Shown piece by piece: positions 56,684 to 64,000 of a stretch of 64,000 bases of DNA. Within the stretch, counting starts at the first letter, position 1; every line of letters begins with the position of its first letter. The stretch lies in contig CAXHJY010000656.1 of the NCBI GenBank assembly GCA_964016885.1, forward strand, positions 1 to 64,000. The letters run 5' to 3'. A program made the position numbers and the translations under genes. The stretch is from Eledone cirrhosa (Eukaryota). The notes beneath the pieces were generated by a model. The model was not told where the DNA came from and ran no database searches. It was given only the letters and a program-made list of their open reading frames with translations.

Positions 56684-57146
56684 GTATATGTATATATATA
56701 TGTATATATATATATGTATGTATATATATATGTATGTATATATATATGTATATATATATATGTATATATATATATGTATATATGTATATATATATATGTA
56801 TATATATATATGCATGTATATATATATGTATATATATATATGTATATATATATATGCATGTATATATATATATGCATGTATATATATATATATATGTATA
56901 TATATGTATGTATATATGTATGTATATATATATGTATGTATGTAAATATATATGTATGTATGTATATATATATGTATGTATGTATATATATATGTATGTA
57001 TGTATATATATATATGTATGTATGTATGTATATATATATGTATGTATGTATATATATATATGTATGTATATATGTATGTATATATATATGTATGTATATA
57101 TATATGTATGTATGTATATATATATGTATGTATGTATGTATGTATA

Positions 57147-57182
<36 letters not shown>

Positions 57183-57184
57183 TG

Positions 57185-57216
<32 letters not shown>

Positions 57217-57285
57217 TATATATATGTATGTATATATGTATGTATGTATATATATATGTATGTATATATATATATATATTTATAT
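56158..57285. repeat. (TA)n/(TATG)n microsatellite
   Basis: Directly visible. Confidence 0.97.
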
Positions 57286-57551
57286 GAAAAAAAAACAAAT
57301 AACGAAACAAAATTAAATTTCGTTTCGCTTCTAACTCACTTTTGTATAACTGACGCTTAAACAATTAAGTTAAAGTGTACATCTACATATGTATACGGAA
57401 GTATTAGTATGCATATAAATACACACATGTATACATATGTACATGTACTCAGCTTTTCACTAGACACTTTACAGTGAGTGTCAGCTAGTCTGTATGTAAC
57501 CACACAGACGGACCGGGTTTTAGAGTCATACGGGTTTTCAAGGAAACACAT

Positions 57552-58764
57552 TTCCTCCGTTATTGCCTGCAGGACTATGATGAACAGGAGAGGGCTAAGA
57601 ACAGAGCCCTGGTGGACCCCAACCTGTACGCTAAATTCCTCGCTATACTCATTGCTAATCCTAACTTTGCTGACTGCTCCCCTATACATGGCTTGTACCG
57701 CTTTCACAAGCCATTCATCTACTCCTAGTTTTCTAAGAGCCCACCAGATTACAGCACGTGGAACTCTGTCAAAGGCTTTCTCAAGGTCGACAAATGCCAA
57801 GTAGAGTGGCTTACTTTTAGCTAGGTACTTTTCCTGTAATTGCCTCACAAGGAAGAGGGCATCAGTGGTGCCTCTTCCTGGTACAAACCCAAATTGCATC
57901 TCGTCTATATTCACCCGGTCCCTAATCAGCTGTGCTATAACTCTTTCTGTTACTTTCATGACCTGGTCCATCAGCTTTATACCTCTATAGTTTCCTCTAT
58001 CTAGTGCATAGCCTTTACCTTTGTAGCAGTTGACAATGATGCTACTGCACCAATCTTTTGGTATGGCCCCTTCTAGTATTACCTGGTTAACGATACGTGT
58101 GGTTATAGTGTGACCTACAGACCCAGATGCCTTCAGCATCTCGGCAGCTATACCCGATGGACCGGTTGCCTTCTCCATCTTCATATCTTTGATTGCCTTA
58201 CTTACTACACTGCTGCTGACTTGTACTGCTAATCCCTCTATAGGGTCTACTTGGGGTAGGGTCTCCTCTTCCCATGCATTCTCCTCATTTAGTAATCTAT
58301 CATAATGACTCTTCCATGCATCTTTCTTCTCAGCACTTGTGAGGGCAAGCTCACCTTTATCATTCCGGATACACTTCTCTCCAATGACATCACAACTATC
58401 TCTGACACACTGCCTCGCAATCTTGAATACCTCCTGTTTCTGGTCCTCGCGTTGTAAAACATGCTTGAATTTTCTATCCTCTGCTTCCCTCCTAGCTAAG
58501 TATACTTGTCGCCTAGCTTCCCTCTTGGTCTCTATGTAATGTACCCTGCACGCCCCGTTCTTCCATTCTTTCCATGCCTGTCTCTTGGCCTTAACTGCTT
58601 CATCTACCTTATTGTTCCACCACCAAGTCACTCTCCTCCTGCTTGAGGTCTTACTCCAGCCACAGACCTCATCCGTCGCCTCTAGTAAATTATTTTTTAG
58701 GAACTCCCAGTTCTCTTCTACGTTAAATGTCTCTATCTGTTCTTCTTTACTGTTCTTCTTTACT
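57552..58764 (-). mobile_element. RTE LINE family B internal fragment (linker plus RT to QAITEE), truncated at both ends
   Basis: Peptide nearly identical to 5094-6010 and extends it upstream (TWWWN motif). Confidence 0.93.
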
Positions 58765-61114
<2,350 letters not shown>

Positions 61115-62046
61115 TAGAATCAAAAGGCCTTAAAATTAACCTGGCTAAGACTAAAGTTCTAGTTTGTAGGAAAGAAAATAAGGCGGCGGTCCCTTCTGGG
61201 AAATGGTCATGCTCGGTGTGTAGGAAAGGCGTAGGTAGAAACTCCATTTTATGTCCTAAATGCAAAGTATGGGTGCATAAAAGATGTAGTGGGATCACAG
61301 GTAAGCTAACTAAGAACATAGATTTTACATGTGGCCGGTGCTCTGGTGCAATAAGTAGCAGCAAGTGCCCACAAAATACTAGCTCTTTCAATTGCGCAGA
61401 GGGTTCTATAGAAATAGTGGACAGTTTCCGTTACCTGGGTGATAAAATCAGCAGTGGGGGAGGGCGCTCTGAAAGTACAGTAGCCAGAGTCAGAACTGGT
61501 TGGAAAAATTTTAGAGAGCTTATACCACTATTAGCTGCTAAAGGGTTCTCCCTAAAAATGAAAGGCAGGTTGTACGATGCCTGCATACGAACAGCAATGT
61601 TGCATGGCAGTGAGACCTGGGCATTGTGTGCAGAGGATATACGCAGACTAGAGAGGAACGAAGCTTGCATGCTCCGCTGGATGTGTAACAGTAATATACG
61701 TGAACGGCAAAGCATAAACGAACTAAGGAAAAAATTAGAAATAAGAGGGATCAGATGTTGTTTACTCGAGAGAAGGCTACGTTGGTATGGACACGTGATG
61801 CGCATGAAAGTCGATAGCTGTATAACAAAGTGCAGGGCAATAAAGATAGACGGTAGCCACGGAATAGGCAGACCTAGAAAAACCTGGGACGAGCTGATAA
61901 ACTCCGACCTCACACACTTACACCTCTCCAAGACAGTGTCACTGGACCGAGACCTTTGGCGGTACTCAGTAACAGAGAAGACCCGCCTTACCTAAATACA
62001 TAGTAAAACCTACTACAGCCAGTAGGCACCTCTAACAAAATACCCC
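61115..62046 (+). mobile_element. RTE LINE family A fragment (PHD to stop at 61995), lacking distal 3' UTR and tail
   Basis: [32 protein letters not shown]. Confidence 0.93.
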
Positions 62047-64000
62047 CTACATGGCCACATTACAGCGTGGACTGTGTGTTTTTTGTCGTGACACCTACAC
62101 GATCTCATTTGTTTCGGCCTGGATGCTGTGGCACCAACATAACTTTACATTGAAAGGGGCGGTGTGGATGGGGTGGGGGAGGTGGGACGGGGGTGTATTT
62201 TGTTAGAGATGCCTACTGGCTGTAGTAGGTTTTACTTTGTACTTAGGTAAAGCTGGTCTTCTCTATTACTGAGTACCGCCAAAGGTCTCGGTCCAGTGAC
62301 ATTGTCTTGGAGAGGTGTAAGTGTGTGAGGTCGGAATTTATCAGCTCGTCCCACGTTTTTCTGGGTCTGCCTACTCCGTGGCTACCGTATTTTTATCGCC
62401 CTGCACTTTTTTATACAGCTGTCGTCTTTCATGCGCATCACGTGAGCATACCAACGTAGCCTTGTCTCGAGTAAACAACATCTGATCCCTCTTATTCCTA
62501 ATTTCTCCCTTAGTTCATTTATGCTTTGCCGTTCTCGTATATTACTATTACACATCCAGCGGAGCATGCAAGCTTCGTTTCTCTCCAGTCTGCGTATATC
62601 CTCTGCACACAATGCCCAGGTCTCACTGCCATGTAACATTGCTGTTCGTATGCAGGCATCATACAGCTTGCCTTTCATTTTTAGAGAGAACCCTTTAGCG
62701 GCCAATAGTAGTATAAGCTCTCTTAACTTTTTCCATCCAGTTCTGACTCTAGCTACTGTACTTTCAGAGCACCCTCCCCCACTGCTAATTTTGTCACCCA
62801 GGTAACGGAAGCTGTCCACTATTTCTATAGAACCCTCTGCGCAATTGAAAGAGCTAGTATTTTGTGGGCACTTGCTGCTACTTATTGCACCAGAGCACCG
62901 GCCACATATAAAATCTATATTCATAGTTAGCTTACCTGTGATCCCACTACATCTTTTATGCACCCATACTTTGCATTTGGGACATAAAATGGAGTTTCTG
63001 CCTACTCCTTTCCTACACCCTGAGCATGGCCATTTCCCAGATGCGACCGGTGCCCTATTTTCCTTCCTACAAATTAGAACTTTAGTCTTAGACAAGTTAA
63101 CTTTAAGGCCTTTTGATTCTAGGCCATGCTTCCATGTTTGGAATTTCTTCTCTAGTTCAGCCATTGATTCAGCTATGAGCGTTAGATCATCTGCATATAG
63201 GAGTTCCCATGTGCAGCCGGTCTCAAACTCCTCTGTTATAGCCTGAAGGGCAATAATAAATAGTAGGGGGCTAAGGACGGAGCCCTGATGAACACCAACT
63301 TTTACGCTAAACTCTTCACTATATTCGTTGTTAATTCTAACCTTGCTGACTGTTTCCTTCGGAACGACCCCATTCTGTATGACTTTGTTTACTATCCCGG
63401 TGACCATAGTGTGTCCCACCGTTCCAGATGCTTTCAGCATTTCAGCAACTATTTCCGAAGGCCCGGCCGCCTTGCCTGTCTTCATGTCTTTGATCGCCTT
63501 ACTTATTATACTACCTTCAACTTGCACTGCTGGTCCTTCTATTGGGTCGATGTGGGGGAGACTGTCTTTCTCCCAATTATTCTCCTCATTTAGTAGCCTT
63601 TCGTAGTGACACTTCTAAGCTACCTTCTTATCAGCGTCAGTGATGGCAAGTACACCATCATCATTAAGGACACACTTCTCCCCGACAATATCACTATTTT
63701 CCTTGACACATTGCCTAGCAATCCTGAACACCTCACGTTTTTGGTCCTCGCGTTGTAGAACATGCTTGAACTTTCTTTCCTCTGCTTCCCTTCTTGCGAA
63801 GTACACTTGTTTCCTAGCTTCCCTCCTGGCCTCTTGATAGTCTTCTCTACTTCCCCCATCCCGCCATGCTTTCCAAGCCTGCTTTTTGGCCTTGATTGAC
63901 CCCTCCACTTTACTGTTCCACCACAAAGTTACTCTCCTCCTGCCTATAGGTCTGCTCCAGCCACAGGTTTCATCTGTCGCCTTCAGCAGGTTAGCTTTCA
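62046..64000 (-). mobile_element. RTE LINE family A, runs off the window end; ~370-bp internal RT deletion near 63356; lacks distal 3' UTR
   Basis: ORF 62382-63527 joins GVVPK directly to ETVSKV (compare 39414-39800); additional stop and frameshift. Confidence 0.93.

Overview
AT-rich eukaryotic (animal) genomic DNA made almost entirely of repeats. The huge (TA)n/(TATG)n tracts, RTE LINEs with (GAT)n tails and tRNA-headed SINEs suggest a cephalopod (octopus-like) genome; this is inference. The only host coding sequence I can support is one 160-bp exon of a TRIC/TMEM38 cation-channel gene (42210-42369, +), so much of the window is probably intronic. The long Y/I/M/C/V ORFs are microsatellite artefacts. 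Mobile content: about 10 fragments of two related RTE LINE families whose RT carries an inserted C4HC3 PHD-type finger; one apparently intact RTE LINE (APE-RT-3xC2H2, about 1181 aa) with a candidate ~70-bp target duplication, plus two short derivatives of a related family; two CR1-group LINE copies; an R4/Dong-like restriction-like endonuclease fragment; a 3.2-kb hAT transposon with perfect TIRs and 8-bp TSD carrying a ~430-bp internal fold-back; a hAT-type MITE; many SINEs; two palindromes built from hammerhead-ribozyme half motifs (Penelope-like); and a 7.2-kb 48-bp satellite with a 960-bp higher-order repeat. Most notable: the PHD finger inside the RT, the hammerhead-centred palindromes, the internally deleted RTE derivative, and long target duplications that appear to feed microsatellite growth. 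Coordinates were read by eye, so repeat boundaries are approximate.
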